From a virus (Duplodnaviria > Caudoviricetes): a DNA stretch of 46,178 nucleotides. The translations under genes were made by a program, and so were the position numbers. The stretch is from positions 1-46,178 of IMG/VR virus record IMGVR_UViG_3300012942_000067. One strand, 5' to 3'. This document shows, piece after piece, positions 8,843-18,120 of the stretch (its first letter is position 1; each line of letters starts with the position of its first letter). The notes below the pieces were generated by a model. The model worked only from the letters and a program-made list of their open reading frames with translations, did no database searches and was not told the DNA's origin.

Positions 8843-9850
8843 GTGCTGCTGCGCGGCGAGCTGTACGGCGACCTGCTCGCTCTCGGCGCCGACGGTCGGC
8901 GGCTGAAGGACTACGTGCGCTGGCACGCCGCGCAGGTGACCTCCGGCGACATCGACCCGGTGTATCCGGTGTTCGACGAGCTCGCCCGGGCTTGGCGGCT
9001 GCGCAACGAAGAGCGAGCATGGCTCGTGTTCCTGCACGTGGCGTGGTACCACCCCGGCTCCACGCTCGTCGCCTTCGCGCGGGTGCCGTCGCTGGCGGCG
9101 ATGCCGCGCACTGCCGAGGGGCTCGCCGAGCTGGGCCTGCTCGACCTGCCGTGCAACACTGAGCGCCGCGGTCACCGCACGCGCAGCATGCTCGCCGCGC
9201 ACCTGCTGCAGGTCGCCGAGGTATATCGCGATGCGGGCGGAGCTCACTCCTGGGCGATGGCTGCACTCGACGGCGCCGCCGGTACCGCCGGGTGGACGCG
9301 CCTGTTCGACGCCCTGACGACGCTGCGCGGCAACGGGCGCTGGGCGGCGTACAAGACCGTCGAGATGCTGCAGAAGGTCGTCGGGCTGCCACTCGTCGCC
9401 GCCGATGCCGGGCACGCGTACAGCTCGGGTCCGCGGAAGGGCCTGGTCGATCTGGGCCTGGGAGTCGACGGCAACGACAGCGCCGCTGTCGCCGAGCTGA
9501 ACCGCCGCACCGACCTGCTGGCGGCGTACCTGGGCGAGGACGACCTGGCCCAGGTGGAGACGAGCCTCTGCGACTTCCACAGCCTCGTCTCCGGTCACTA
9601 CTACCTGGGCAACGACATCGACTCCATGCTCGGCGACTGGCTGAGCACGCGCCTGCCGCCGCGAGCGATCCCGGCTGAGGCGTGGGACGCGCGCGAGGCG
9701 CGCTTCGCCAGCGGTCTGCTCGGCGAGCACGGCGGCTGGCAGGGCGTTCGGCCGCAGCTGCGCCGAATGTACCGCGACCGCGGCATCATGGTGGGCGTCG
9801 CCGACAAGCCTGTGTACCTGCCGCGTATGAGCACCTCGGAGGCGAGATGA
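8843..9850 (+). CDS. amino acid:DNA transferase (aGPT-Pplase2/AADT family)
   Basis: GDIDPVY, TERR, GRWAAYKTVEML, QVETSLCDF and YYLGNDID motifs; sits with TET and a P-loop kinase. Confidence 0.75.
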   Translation: MLLRGELYGDLLALGADGRRLKDYVRWHAAQVTSGDIDPVYPVFDELARAWRLRNEERAWLVFLHVAWYHPGSTLVAFARVPSLAAMPRTAEGLAELGLLDLPCNTERRGHRTRSMLAAHLLQVAEVYRDAGGAHSWAMAALDGAAGTAGWTRLFDALTTLRGNGRWAAYKTVEMLQKVVGLPLVAADAGHAYSSGPRKGLVDLGLGVDGNDSAAVAELNRRTDLLAAYLGEDDLAQVETSLCDFHSLVSGHYYLGNDIDSMLGDWLSTRLPPRAIPAEAWDAREARFASGLLGEHGGWQGVRPQLRRMYRDRGIMVGVADKPVYLPRMSTSEAR

Positions 9851-10701
9851 CCGCACCACGCAGCCAGTGGACGTTCGGAGCTGAGCTCGAATGGCCCGAC
9901 GTGAACAGCCGCGCGGAGCTGCCGCCGGGATGGGAGTGGTCTCGCACCGACTACACCATCGTCAACTCCGATGGCACCGCCAACGACCCCACCGGCCGCC
10001 GGACGACTCTCGGCGGCGAGACGAACACGCCCGTCGTCGGCAGCCCGGACGAGCTCGTGGCAGCGATCGTCCCGGTGTGGGAAGCGCTGCAGCCCGGCTA
10101 CAACTACCGCTCGAACCTGCACGTGCACGTCGGCATCCCGGGCCTCACGGACCCAGCGGAGCTGGAGACTGTCAAGCGCATCGCCGACTTCACCCGCGGG
10201 TGGCTGCCGGGGATGCTGCCGCAGCTCGACCCGCTCACGCCCCTTCTCGACGGGCAGCCCACGATGCCCGCGCTGCAGGCTGCGCGCAGGCGCCAGAAGC
10301 ACAGCGAGAAGTCCCGGCACCACTTCATTCCGGCCTCGCGGCACCTGGCCCGGATGGCCGCGCCGACGCTGGAGGCAGCTCTGGCGGCCGAGGTGCCGTT
10401 CTCGGCGAAGCTTGGCGCTCCGCAGTGGCACCTGGAGAGCCGTGAGGCGATGAACCTGCGGGCGCTGCGCAAGCATGGCACCATCGAGTTCCGCTGCTTC
10501 GCGGCCCCGCGCACCCCCGAGCAGGTCGGCGCGGCAGCGGAGTTCGCAGCGCAGTGGCTGGAGCATGCGCTGGCGGAGCGCAACCCTCGGCACCTTCTCG
10601 ACGACTTCGCCGGTCGCCTGCCCCGGCAGGAGCCGTTCGACGCGCGCCTGGAGGCCGGATGGCAAGCCACGCACGGCAGCGCGAAGGCGGCCGCGGCATG
10701 A
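9847..10701 (+). CDS. amidoligase (COOH-NH2 ligase, glutamate-cysteine-ligase-like fold)
   Basis: TFGAELEW, GGETNTP, NLHVHVG, AMNL and GTIEFR; ATGA overlap at 9847. Confidence 0.8.
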   Translation: MTAPRSQWTFGAELEWPDVNSRAELPPGWEWSRTDYTIVNSDGTANDPTGRRTTLGGETNTPVVGSPDELVAAIVPVWEALQPGYNYRSNLHVHVGIPGLTDPAELETVKRIADFTRGWLPGMLPQLDPLTPLLDGQPTMPALQAARRRQKHSEKSRHHFIPASRHLARMAAPTLEAALAAEVPFSAKLGAPQWHLESREAMNLRALRKHGTIEFRCFAAPRTPEQVGAAAEFAAQWLEHALAERNPRHLLDDFAGRLPRQEPFDARLEAGWQATHGSAKAAAA

Positions 10702-11129
10702 CGGCGCCGAAGCGCATCCTCGTGGTGTGCACCGGGAACGTGGCCCGGAGCCCGGCGATGGAGATTCTGCTGCGGCACTACCGTCCCGACCTGCGCGTCA
10801 CCTCGGCTGCTGTCGGCGAGCGTGCACGTGATGGCCGACCGATGGCTCGCCCGATGCGCACCCGCATGGCGCAGCTCGGCCTCGCCACGGCAGCCGCTCG
10901 TCATCGCAGCCGCACCTTTGCGACTGCCCTGCGCAGCGGCGACAACCCGCAGCTGGTGCTGGCGATGGCCTCGAATCACGTCGCCCGGCTGGAGGCGCTG
11001 CAGTTCGACGATGCTCCCGTGCGCATGATCGGCCCCATCGCCGATCCAGCGTTCGGCGGCGAGCCCGCATACGATCGCGCCCTGCAGCAGCTGCTCGTCG
11101 CCGTGAGCGAGCTCGCCGCCGAGCTGTAG
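10698..11129 (+). CDS. low-molecular-weight phosphatase (LMW-PTP/ArsC fold)
   Basis: ILVVCTGNVARSPAME (CX5R loop), VTSAA, HRSR, LVLAM and IADP general-acid motif. Confidence 0.85.
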   Translation: MTAPKRILVVCTGNVARSPAMEILLRHYRPDLRVTSAAVGERARDGRPMARPMRTRMAQLGLATAAARHRSRTFATALRSGDNPQLVLAMASNHVARLEALQFDDAPVRMIGPIADPAFGGEPAYDRALQQLLVAVSELAAEL

Positions 11130-11139
11130 ACTGCTGGGC

Positions 11140-11976
11140 ATGGCTCACCTGATCGTGGTCGGCGCGGGGCTCGCCGGTAGCGCGCTGACGCGCATCGCCA
11201 GCTCAGTGGGGCATTCCGTCACTCTCGTCAGCGATACGCAGCCGTCGACCACGGCGGCTATCGCCTTGCTGCGCAGCGGGCATCTGCCAGCGGAGGATCG
11301 CCCGATGCTGGCGCCTTCGCTCGCCGCCTGGGAAGAGCTCGGCGTCGAGGTGGTTCGCGGCGGCTCTGTCACCAGCTATCGCAAGCCCGGCGCCGAGGCC
11401 GCGCGGCAAGCCGACTGGTACGGCGTCGACCCGTCCTCGGTGCTGCTGGAGCCCGACGTGCGCAGCACCGTAACGACGGCGCCAGTGCCCACCTCAGTCG
11501 TCGTTGCCGACGGCGAGCTCTCCGGCGACGCCGTGGTGTGGTGCACGGGAACCGGTCTCGGCCGCCGCACCTACGGGCACACCTGGCTTCACGACGACCC
11601 CACGGCGCTGCGGCAGCCGCCGGGCACGCTGCGCCTGCACCACATCGCCCCATACAAGGTGCTCGCCGGGGTGACATACCGCTCGGGCGCGCGTCTGGGC
11701 TCCAGCTCGGCGAGCACGCTGGCGGCCGCGCGCACGCAAGCGCAGAGCCTGATGGAGAAGGCGCTCAACCTCGGCTGGCTGAGCACCACCGACGGCTGGC
11801 ACCTGGTCAGCGGGACGCGCCTGCAGCGTGAGCCGGGCGAGCGCCTGCGCCGCAGCCCGCTCGGAGCTGGTGCCTGGCACTGGAGCGGCTTCCACCGCAC
11901 CGGCTTCGGCGTGGTTCCGATCGAGGCGCAGCGTGTCCTCAGCACCGTTCTCGCAGAGCTGCGAGTCTCCGCATGA
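11140..11976 (+). CDS. FAD-dependent oxidoreductase (DAO/glycine-oxidase-like)
   Basis: N-terminal LIVVGAGLAG Rossmann motif; DAVVWCTG; C-terminal SGFHRTGF. Confidence 0.75.
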   Translation: MAHLIVVGAGLAGSALTRIASSVGHSVTLVSDTQPSTTAAIALLRSGHLPAEDRPMLAPSLAAWEELGVEVVRGGSVTSYRKPGAEAARQADWYGVDPSSVLLEPDVRSTVTTAPVPTSVVVADGELSGDAVVWCTGTGLGRRTYGHTWLHDDPTALRQPPGTLRLHHIAPYKVLAGVTYRSGARLGSSSASTLAAARTQAQSLMEKALNLGWLSTTDGWHLVSGTRLQREPGERLRRSPLGAGAWHWSGFHRTGFGVVPIEAQRVLSTVLAELRVSA

Positions 11977-12548
11977 AGCCCGTTGCGCTGTACGTCATCG
12001 GAGCTCCCGGCGCCGGGAAGTCCACCACCGTCGAGCACGCGCTGCGCGCGCTGGAGTGGTCGGTGCTGCCGGGAGAGCTGCGCCTGCACGGACTGCTGCG
12101 CGGACAGGCCCTCGTCAGCCCGGCTGGCCGCACCTCGGGAGTGTACCTGGGGAAGCAGCGGCCCTCCTTCCCTGGCACTGACGCGCTGAGCATGGGCGTC
12201 CACCCCGACGCCGTGACATGGGCAGCCGCCCTGCCGGAGACCACCGAGCTCATCGTCGGCGAGGGCGCGCGCCTGGGCACTGTCGGATTCCTAACGGAGC
12301 TGAAGGAGAGCGCGCACCTTGTGCTCGTGCACGTCACCGCTCCCGAGGAACGACGCGAGCTGAACCGCTCCACGCAGAGCGCCACTTGGCGCGCCGGGCG
12401 GAAGACCGCCGCCGAGCGCACCTTCGCCGCCTTCCACGACGACCCAGCAGTGCTGAAGCTCGCCCTCGACACCGGGCAGCTCACCCCCGAGGCCGCTGGG
12501 CGACGAGTGGCCGGGATCGTGCACGCGCAGAGGAGCTTGCATGCCTGA
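11973..12548 (+). CDS. P-loop kinase, 5-hydroxymethyluracil DNA kinase-like
   Basis: YVIGAPGAGKST Walker A; YLG...FPGTDALSM; EGARL; clustered with AADT. Confidence 0.75.
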   Translation: MKPVALYVIGAPGAGKSTTVEHALRALEWSVLPGELRLHGLLRGQALVSPAGRTSGVYLGKQRPSFPGTDALSMGVHPDAVTWAAALPETTELIVGEGARLGTVGFLTELKESAHLVLVHVTAPEERRELNRSTQSATWRAGRKTAAERTFAAFHDDPAVLKLALDTGQLTPEAAGRRVAGIVHAQRSLHA

Positions 12549-14364
12549 GTTCGAGCCCATGGATGATGACGACTTCCTCGACCCGGAGATCATCGAGTTC
12601 ATCGGCAGCCTCACCGACGAAGCGCTCTCCGAGGTGCTCGACGGCATGCCCGAGGCCGTGGTGGACGCGATCCTGGCGCGGATTCCCGCGAACAAGAACG
12701 CCATCCCTGCTGATCCCGGCGAGCAGGCCGAGCAGCTCGATCAGAAGTACGTGCGGCGCCCGCACCTCGACTACCTCGCGAAGCGACTGGCGGTGGCGCT
12801 GGATGACGTCACCGCAGGCAAGAACCGGTTCATCGCCGTGTCGATGCCGCCGCGCACCGGCAAGAGCCTGCTCATCTCGATCTACTTGCTGGTGTGGCTG
12901 CTGCGGCGCGACCCGACGCTGAAGATCGGCCTGGTCTCCAACTCCACGCAGCTCGCCACCAGCTGGGGTCGCCAGGTGCGACGCCTGATCGAGCGCAACT
13001 CGAACACGCTGGGCGTGCGGCTGGCGCCGGACGCCGGTGCTGTCTCTGACTGGCAGACCGCGCAGGAAGGCGAGGTCCACTCGCGCTCGATGGGCACGCC
13101 GATCACGGGTGTCGGCTTCCGGGTGCTCATCGTCGACGACATCGTGAAGGACTCCGCCTCGGCGCACTCCGCGACGGTGCGCGACGCCGTGTGGTCCTGG
13201 TGGACCGGCACCGCCTTCACCCGCCTGGAGCCGCCGTCGCTGGCGATAGCAGTGGGAACTCGCTGGCATGAGGACGACTTCATCGGCCGCCTGCTCAGCC
13301 ACGAATACGAGGGCGACCCGAACGAGTGGGAGGTCATCTCGTTCCCGGCCATCGCCGAGAAGCCGAAGGACGGCGAGCCCGAGGACGTGCTCGGCCGCGC
13401 CGAAGGCGCGCCGCTGCTCAGCCCGCTGGTGCCCGAGGAGACCGAGGAAGAGGCCATCTCGCGCTGGAGCTCCATCCGCACGGCCGTCGGTGAGTACAAT
13501 TGGGCGGCGCAGTACCAGCAGCGACCCGCTCCCGCGAAGGGCGCCATCTTCGACATGGACAAGTTCCGCTACTGGACTCGCGACCCCGAGAAGGCGTTCA
13601 CCACCGACGCCGAGAACAACCGCGTGCCCGAACCGAATATCATCTACCTGGAGCCGGACCTGGTGACCAACGGCACCTGGGTCGACAGCTGGGACGCCAC
13701 CTTCAAGGCCACCGACGACAGCGACTACGTGGTCGGGCAGCGCTGGGTGAAGATCGGGGCGAACCGGTTCCTGGTCGCGCAGCAGCGCGGCCGGTGGACC
13801 TTCACCCACACCATCGAGCGCATGCTCGCATGGGGACGCCACGACGACCCCATCGGCAGTCCGTACGGCAAGCACGTGCACGTGCGGCTGATCGAGGACA
13901 AGGCGAACGGACCCGCCATCATCGACACCCTCCGCGATCACGTCGCGGGGATCAAGCCGGTGACTCCGACGACGAGCAAGGAGGCGCGAGCGCGCTCCAT
14001 CACCCCGGAGATCGAGAGTGGCAACGTCTACCTGCCGCACCCGACGGACGCGGGCAACGAGTGGGTGCGCACCCTCATCTCGGAGCTGCGCAATTTCCCG
14101 CACGACGCCCACGATGACCAGGTGGACGGCCTGACGCAGGCTCTCAGCCACCTGCGTGACCCAGGAATAGCGGGCATCTCGATTCCCGGGCAGCCGTCGG
14201 GGCAGCGCAGCCTGACCCCACTGAATCTCCGCATCACCGCGACGCGCGCGAGCGCCGCCAGCTCGGGCCGGGCGATGGCTCCGAAGCGCGACCCGCGCGT
14301 CGAGGCGCTGCGCCGGGCCTACGGCGAGCACCGCGACACGACGAAGCCCGGGTCGCCCTCGTAG
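12541..14364 (+). CDS. terL: terminase large subunit
   Basis: SMPPRTGKS Walker A, LIVDD Walker B, GTRWHEDD, AQYQQRP, SWDATFK, IEDKANG and FPHDAHDDQVD nuclease motif. Confidence 0.95.
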   Translation: MPEFEPMDDDDFLDPEIIEFIGSLTDEALSEVLDGMPEAVVDAILARIPANKNAIPADPGEQAEQLDQKYVRRPHLDYLAKRLAVALDDVTAGKNRFIAVSMPPRTGKSLLISIYLLVWLLRRDPTLKIGLVSNSTQLATSWGRQVRRLIERNSNTLGVRLAPDAGAVSDWQTAQEGEVHSRSMGTPITGVGFRVLIVDDIVKDSASAHSATVRDAVWSWWTGTAFTRLEPPSLAIAVGTRWHEDDFIGRLLSHEYEGDPNEWEVISFPAIAEKPKDGEPEDVLGRAEGAPLLSPLVPEETEEEAISRWSSIRTAVGEYNWAAQYQQRPAPAKGAIFDMDKFRYWTRDPEKAFTTDAENNRVPEPNIIYLEPDLVTNGTWVDSWDATFKATDDSDYVVGQRWVKIGANRFLVAQQRGRWTFTHTIERMLAWGRHDDPIGSPYGKHVHVRLIEDKANGPAIIDTLRDHVAGIKPVTPTTSKEARARSITPEIESGNVYLPHPTDAGNEWVRTLISELRNFPHDAHDDQVDGLTQALSHLRDPGIAGISIPGQPSGQRSLTPLNLRITATRASAASSGRAMAPKRDPRVEALRRAYGEHRDTTKPGSPS

Positions 14365-14379
14365 GGCTCCCGGGCTTCG
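14342..14379. terminator. hairpin between convergent genes, probable bidirectional terminator
   Basis: CGAAGCCCGGG-TC-GCCCT-CGT-AGGGC-T-CCCGGGCTTCG (11+5 bp stem) spanning the terL stop. Confidence 0.7.
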
Positions 14380-14387
14380 CCGTCCGA

Positions 14388-15113
14388 CTACGCAGCGACC
14401 GACTCGGAGTGCTTGGCAGCCTGACGGGCCTGGCGCGACTCCTTCTTCGCCAGGGCCTCGATCTCGTCCTGACGGGCGCGCTGGCTCAGGCGGTAGACGT
14501 AAGCGAACGACGCCTGCGCCGCGTCGACGACCGTCGCCCGAGGGATGCCGAGCTTGTTGGCGTGGATGGTGGCTAGCTGGCGAGCTCGCATGGTCGCCGG
14601 GGACTTCTCCTCGGCGTAGGCGGCGGCCGCCGCACGCAGCTCGTCGAGCGCCTTCGTCTGCGCCGGGGTCTCGGCCGGGCGGACCAGGCTGGCATTTCGG
14701 TCACCGGAGACGGCGAGCTCCTCGCGGACCTCTATCGCATCGGCAGCCGCCTGGAAGTCGGCGCGGCGCTCGATCTCGATCTCTTCGTCCTCGACGCCCG
14801 AGCCGTCCTCCGGTACCGTAGACAGGTCGACGATGATCTGGTCGATGGCCTGACCTTCCGGCTCCTGCGCGGGCTCGTCCACGTCGGTGCGCTCAGCCAG
14901 CGGCTTGTAGGTCTGGGCCAGGTCGTCGGAGAACTGCGCGGCCTTGGCGGCGTCCGCGGCGCAGTCGGCGCAGAACGACGCGAGGCTGATGCTGCGAGCC
15001 GCGTCACGGCTCTTCGCGACGTCCGAGACGGCGCCGTGCGTGGTGCACTCGGTGACCCATCCCTCGCCCAGCTCGATGCTGAACTCCGACGCCTTGGTGG
15101 TCTTGCGGGCCAT
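14388..15113 (-). CDS. hypothetical protein with N-terminal CxxH/CxxC and possible C-terminal HTH
   Basis: AAGGAGG RBS; ECTTHG...FCADC; KLGIPRATVVDAAQASFAYVYRL. Confidence 0.7.
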   Translation of the reverse strand: MARKTTKASEFSIELGEGWVTECTTHGAVSDVAKSRDAARSISLASFCADCAADAAKAAQFSDDLAQTYKPLAERTDVDEPAQEPEGQAIDQIIVDLSTVPEDGSGVEDEEIEIERRADFQAAADAIEVREELAVSGDRNASLVRPAETPAQTKALDELRAAAAAYAEEKSPATMRARQLATIHANKLGIPRATVVDAAQASFAYVYRLSQRARQDEIEALAKKESRQARQAAKHSESVAA

Positions 15114-15175
15114 GATGGCCTCCTTCCCGCGGGCTCCTACCCGCAACCCGAGCTTCCCGGCTCGGTGTCACTGAG

Positions 15176-15203
15176 TTTCAGTAACATTCTTATATTACAC
15201 AAA
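15176..15203 (-). promoter_or_regulatory. degenerate 28-bp dyad copy 3
   Basis: Minus strand reads TTTGTGTAATATAAGAATGTTACTGAAA, upstream of 14388-15113. Confidence 0.55.
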
Positions 15204-15283
15204 CTAGGCCGAAACGGTCACAACCCGCGAATCTTTTTCGGGCAGTGACCGCTCCGGCCTAAGCCGCGCGATGCGAGCGCTAG

Positions 15284-15811
15284 CTACTCCGGCCAGTCCT
15301 TCTCGGCTTCCTCGTCCTGAGCGACCTCCACCAGGTAGTCCTTCCACGCCTCCTGGAAGTCGTCGTACCAACGCAGGGCCTCCTGGATCTCATCGACGGT
15401 GGCGTCCGGCGGCGTCCGCTGCAGTTCGGCCGAGGCCGAGCTGCGCCAGGAGCTGATGCGTGGCTCGGTGAGGCGGACGAGCTCCTCGATGGCGTCGGTG
15501 ATCGCGCTCTGTATAATCGAGTCCACCTCGCCTTCGATGAGCCTCGATCGCTCCGGGTTCGTGACCGTGATCGAATGGCTGCGGCCGTGCGCCTGCTCTG
15601 CCTCCCGAGTCTCGGCCAGGTGGGCCTGGGCGTCGTCCTTGGTGGCGAAGCTGCGTTCCTGGTGAAGCCCGCGGCAGGTGTTGCAGAAGCCGTAGGGCCG
15701 GTCAGGAAGCGGGTCGAAGCGGTCGGAGGTCTCGGACTCCTCCGCCTCGGCGGGCGGCGGCGTTACCGTCTCCACCTCGATGCCGTCCAGCGCGGGCTGC
15801 TCGTCAGTCAT
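15284..15811 (-). CDS. hypothetical acidic protein
   Basis: AAGGGAG RBS, adjacent to the rtcB stop; FCNTC...H. Confidence 0.7.
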   Translation of the reverse strand: MTDEQPALDGIEVETVTPPPAEAEESETSDRFDPLPDRPYGFCNTCRGLHQERSFATKDDAQAHLAETREAEQAHGRSHSITVTNPERSRLIEGEVDSIIQSAITDAIEELVRLTEPRISSWRSSASAELQRTPPDATVDEIQEALRWYDDFQEAWKDYLVEVAQDEEAEKDWPE

Positions 15812-15812
15812 G

Positions 15813-17021
15813 TCAGTCTCCCTTGCAGTTGATCAGTGCGCGAAGCTCGAAGCGGACGTCCACCAGATCGGCGGCGTCCGCCATCACCAGGTCGATGCGC
15901 TTGTAGGCCATCGGGTGCTCGTCGATGAAGGCGTCCGTGTCGCGGTACTCCGTCCCGGCTGCCGCCATCCAGTCGTGCAGCTGCTCAGAGGTGAACGTCC
16001 GGCGCGCGGCCGACCGCGAGAGCACGCGTCCGGCGCCATGCGGCGCGGAGTTCAGGGCCAGCTGGTTGCCCTTGCCGACCACCACGTACGACTTGTCGCC
16101 CATCGAGCCTGGGATGAGGCCCCAGGTGCCCTCGCTGGCGTCAATCGCGCCCTTGCGGGAGACGATGACCTGCTTGCCGAAGTGCCGCTCCCAGGAGGTG
16201 TAGTTGTGGTGGCAGTTCACCCGCATCTCCTCGATCACCGCGTCCGAGGTGTTCGACTGGGTGACCACTTCGCTGAAGGCGGCGAGCACACGATCCATCA
16301 TCTCCTCACGGTTCGCCAGGGCGAACGCCTGCGCCCACTGCAGCTCGGCGACGTAGGCCGAGAACTCCGGCGTGCCCTGCACCAGGTAGGCGAGGTCCGG
16401 GTGCGGCAGGTCGATCCACCACTTCTTCGCGAGCTCCTGCGCTACGGTGATGTGGTGCTGGGCGATCTTGTTGCCGATGCCGCGCGAGCCGGAGTGCAGG
16501 AAGAGCCAGATGCGGTCCTCCTGGTCGGCGCTCACCTCGATGAAGTGGTTGCCGGAGCCGAGGGTGCCAAGCTGCTCCCGCCAGTTCCCGGCGTAGCTCG
16601 ACGGGTCGAATCGATGCCCGCCGTACGTACCGCTGAGGGCAGCTCGCTCCAGAACTTCGATGCGCCCGCGCGCGCTCGCCGTCAGGTAGGCGTTGTATTT
16701 CCCGGCCGACATGGGGACGCGCGCCTCGATGACCTCCCGCAGCGCCTGCCGTAGCCCGGGCCTTTCCAGGTCTTCCACAGTGAACTGCGTGCGCACGGCG
16801 ATTATCCCGCAGCCTAGGTCAACTCCGACGGCGGCCGGGATGATCGCGCCGAGCGTCGGGATGACCGAGCCGACAGTGGCGCCCTTGCCGAGGTGGGCAT
16901 CCGGCATGAGCGCCAGGTGCGGGAAGATGAAGGGCATCGTGCTCGTGAGCTTCGCCTGCTCCATGGTGGCCTCGTCGATGATGCTGGCCCAGTTCATGAA
17001 CTTCTTGCTGATCTGCTCCAC
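15813..17021 (-). CDS. rtcB: RtcB-family RNA ligase
   Basis: MPDAHLGKG, VGVDLGCG, LGTLGSGNHFIE, HSGSRG, CHHNY, SRKGA, IPGSMG, SAPHGAGR and DEHPMAYK. Confidence 0.95.
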   Translation of the reverse strand: MEQISKKFMNWASIIDEATMEQAKLTSTMPFIFPHLALMPDAHLGKGATVGSVIPTLGAIIPAAVGVDLGCGIIAVRTQFTVEDLERPGLRQALREVIEARVPMSAGKYNAYLTASARGRIEVLERAALSGTYGGHRFDPSSYAGNWREQLGTLGSGNHFIEVSADQEDRIWLFLHSGSRGIGNKIAQHHITVAQELAKKWWIDLPHPDLAYLVQGTPEFSAYVAELQWAQAFALANREEMMDRVLAAFSEVVTQSNTSDAVIEEMRVNCHHNYTSWERHFGKQVIVSRKGAIDASEGTWGLIPGSMGDKSYVVVGKGNQLALNSAPHGAGRVLSRSAARRTFTSEQLHDWMAAAGTEYRDTDAFIDEHPMAYKRIDLVMADAADLVDVRFELRALINCKGD

Positions 17022-17062
17022 GGGATTCCTTTCGTTGGTGCGTGGATGAGTGGCGGCTGCCG

Positions 17063-17701
17063 TTAGGCGTACAGGCCCTCCGGGTCGATTCCGGCGACCA
17101 TGCCGAGATGGTCAACGGGGATGAGAGCACGCAGCTTCGGGTGCTCGTAAGCCGCTCGCAGTACCTCCCGCGCAGGCCAGCCCATCATCGGACCCGACAG
17201 AAGGTCTTGCCAGCCCTGCAGGTCGAGCGGGCCGCAGAGGTCTAGGAATCGCTGTCCGGGGCTGCGCGGGTCTCCGCCGACCGGCTGGCCCAGCCAGATC
17301 GGCTCGCCGTAGCCGACGCGTGGCTGCCCGGCGTCCCAGATCGACTCCGCTCCATGCGGACGATAGCTGATCCGGGAGTTGCTCGCGCTGACGATGCCCG
17401 GCGTCTCCGGGCTGTAGCTCCACATCGTCGCATCCACGATTCGCGCCTCGGGATGGTAGGCGAGCGGGCCGTTGCGCTCCGGGTCATAGGGCAGCAGATC
17501 GTCGGGTGGCACTACGACCCAGCTGTGCTGGCCGAGGATGCCGGGAGCCGTGCCGCGAGCGACCTGGGCTCCGGGGAACAGCCAGCTTCGTACGATCTGC
17601 AGACTGGCGACGTGGCACTGGTGACGCCAGTGATCCGGGTTCGCACCGATACGTTCGGCCAGGTCGCGCACGTCGACGGGGATGGGGATCGTCTGCTCCA
17701 T
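17063..17701 (-). CDS. hypothetical protein, possible papain/transglutaminase-like Cys-His-Asp
   Basis: GAGGGAGAG RBS; QCHVAS...QHSWV...IVDAT. Confidence 0.65.
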   Translation of the reverse strand: MEQTIPIPVDVRDLAERIGANPDHWRHQCHVASLQIVRSWLFPGAQVARGTAPGILGQHSWVVVPPDDLLPYDPERNGPLAYHPEARIVDATMWSYSPETPGIVSASNSRISYRPHGAESIWDAGQPRVGYGEPIWLGQPVGGDPRSPGQRFLDLCGPLDLQGWQDLLSGPMMGWPAREVLRAAYEHPKLRALIPVDHLGMVAGIDPEGLYA

Positions 17702-17703
17702 GC

Positions 17704-18120
17704 TCAACTCTCCCTCTTCTCGACGTGCCGCATGACGCTCGGGTTGATGTGCTGCTCGCGTTCCATCCACTCCGGCAGCTTGGCGTTCTCGTCGAAGCGC
17801 ACCCTCAGAAACTTGCTCTGGGAGAGTTCGGTATCGATGGCCGTGACGACGCCCGGCACCGTGGGCTCGTAGTCGGCGACGTACGGACGGTAATACTCCA
17901 CCCGATCGCCGACCTTCCAGCGCCGGTCGAGGTCGCCAGCAGCTGCAGGCACGGCGTCGAACACCGCGCGCACCGCGCGCTTCGCCAGGGCGGTCTTGAT
18001 CCCGTCCAGGCCCTCCTCGTACTCCTTCAGCGTGACGCCGGTGAGGAGGAGCAGCAGGCGGATGTCCGAGTCCATCGCCTCCTCGACGGCCTGCACCAGG
18101 GAGTCGAAGTCGGCGCTCAT
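17704..18120 (-). CDS. hypothetical protein with SH3-like C-terminus
   Basis: MSADFDSLVQ...; WKVGDRVEY...PGVVTAI...LRVRFD. Confidence 0.65.
   Translation of the reverse strand: MSADFDSLVQAVEEAMDSDIRLLLLLTGVTLKEYEEGLDGIKTALAKRAVRAVFDAVPAAAGDLDRRWKVGDRVEYYRPYVADYEPTVPGVVTAIDTELSQSKFLRVRFDENAKLPEWMEREQHINPSVMRHVEKRES

Noticed and set aside
7748-9859. Long antisense ORFs (also 12481-14331, 33316-35007, 37656-39623, 41393-43558)
   Set aside because: Shadows of high-GC3 sense genes with no motifs; the opposite strand has clear family signatures
10698-11129. Arsenate reductase / arsenic resistance
   Set aside because: Only the P-loop Cys is present, with no resolving cysteines and no ars genes nearby
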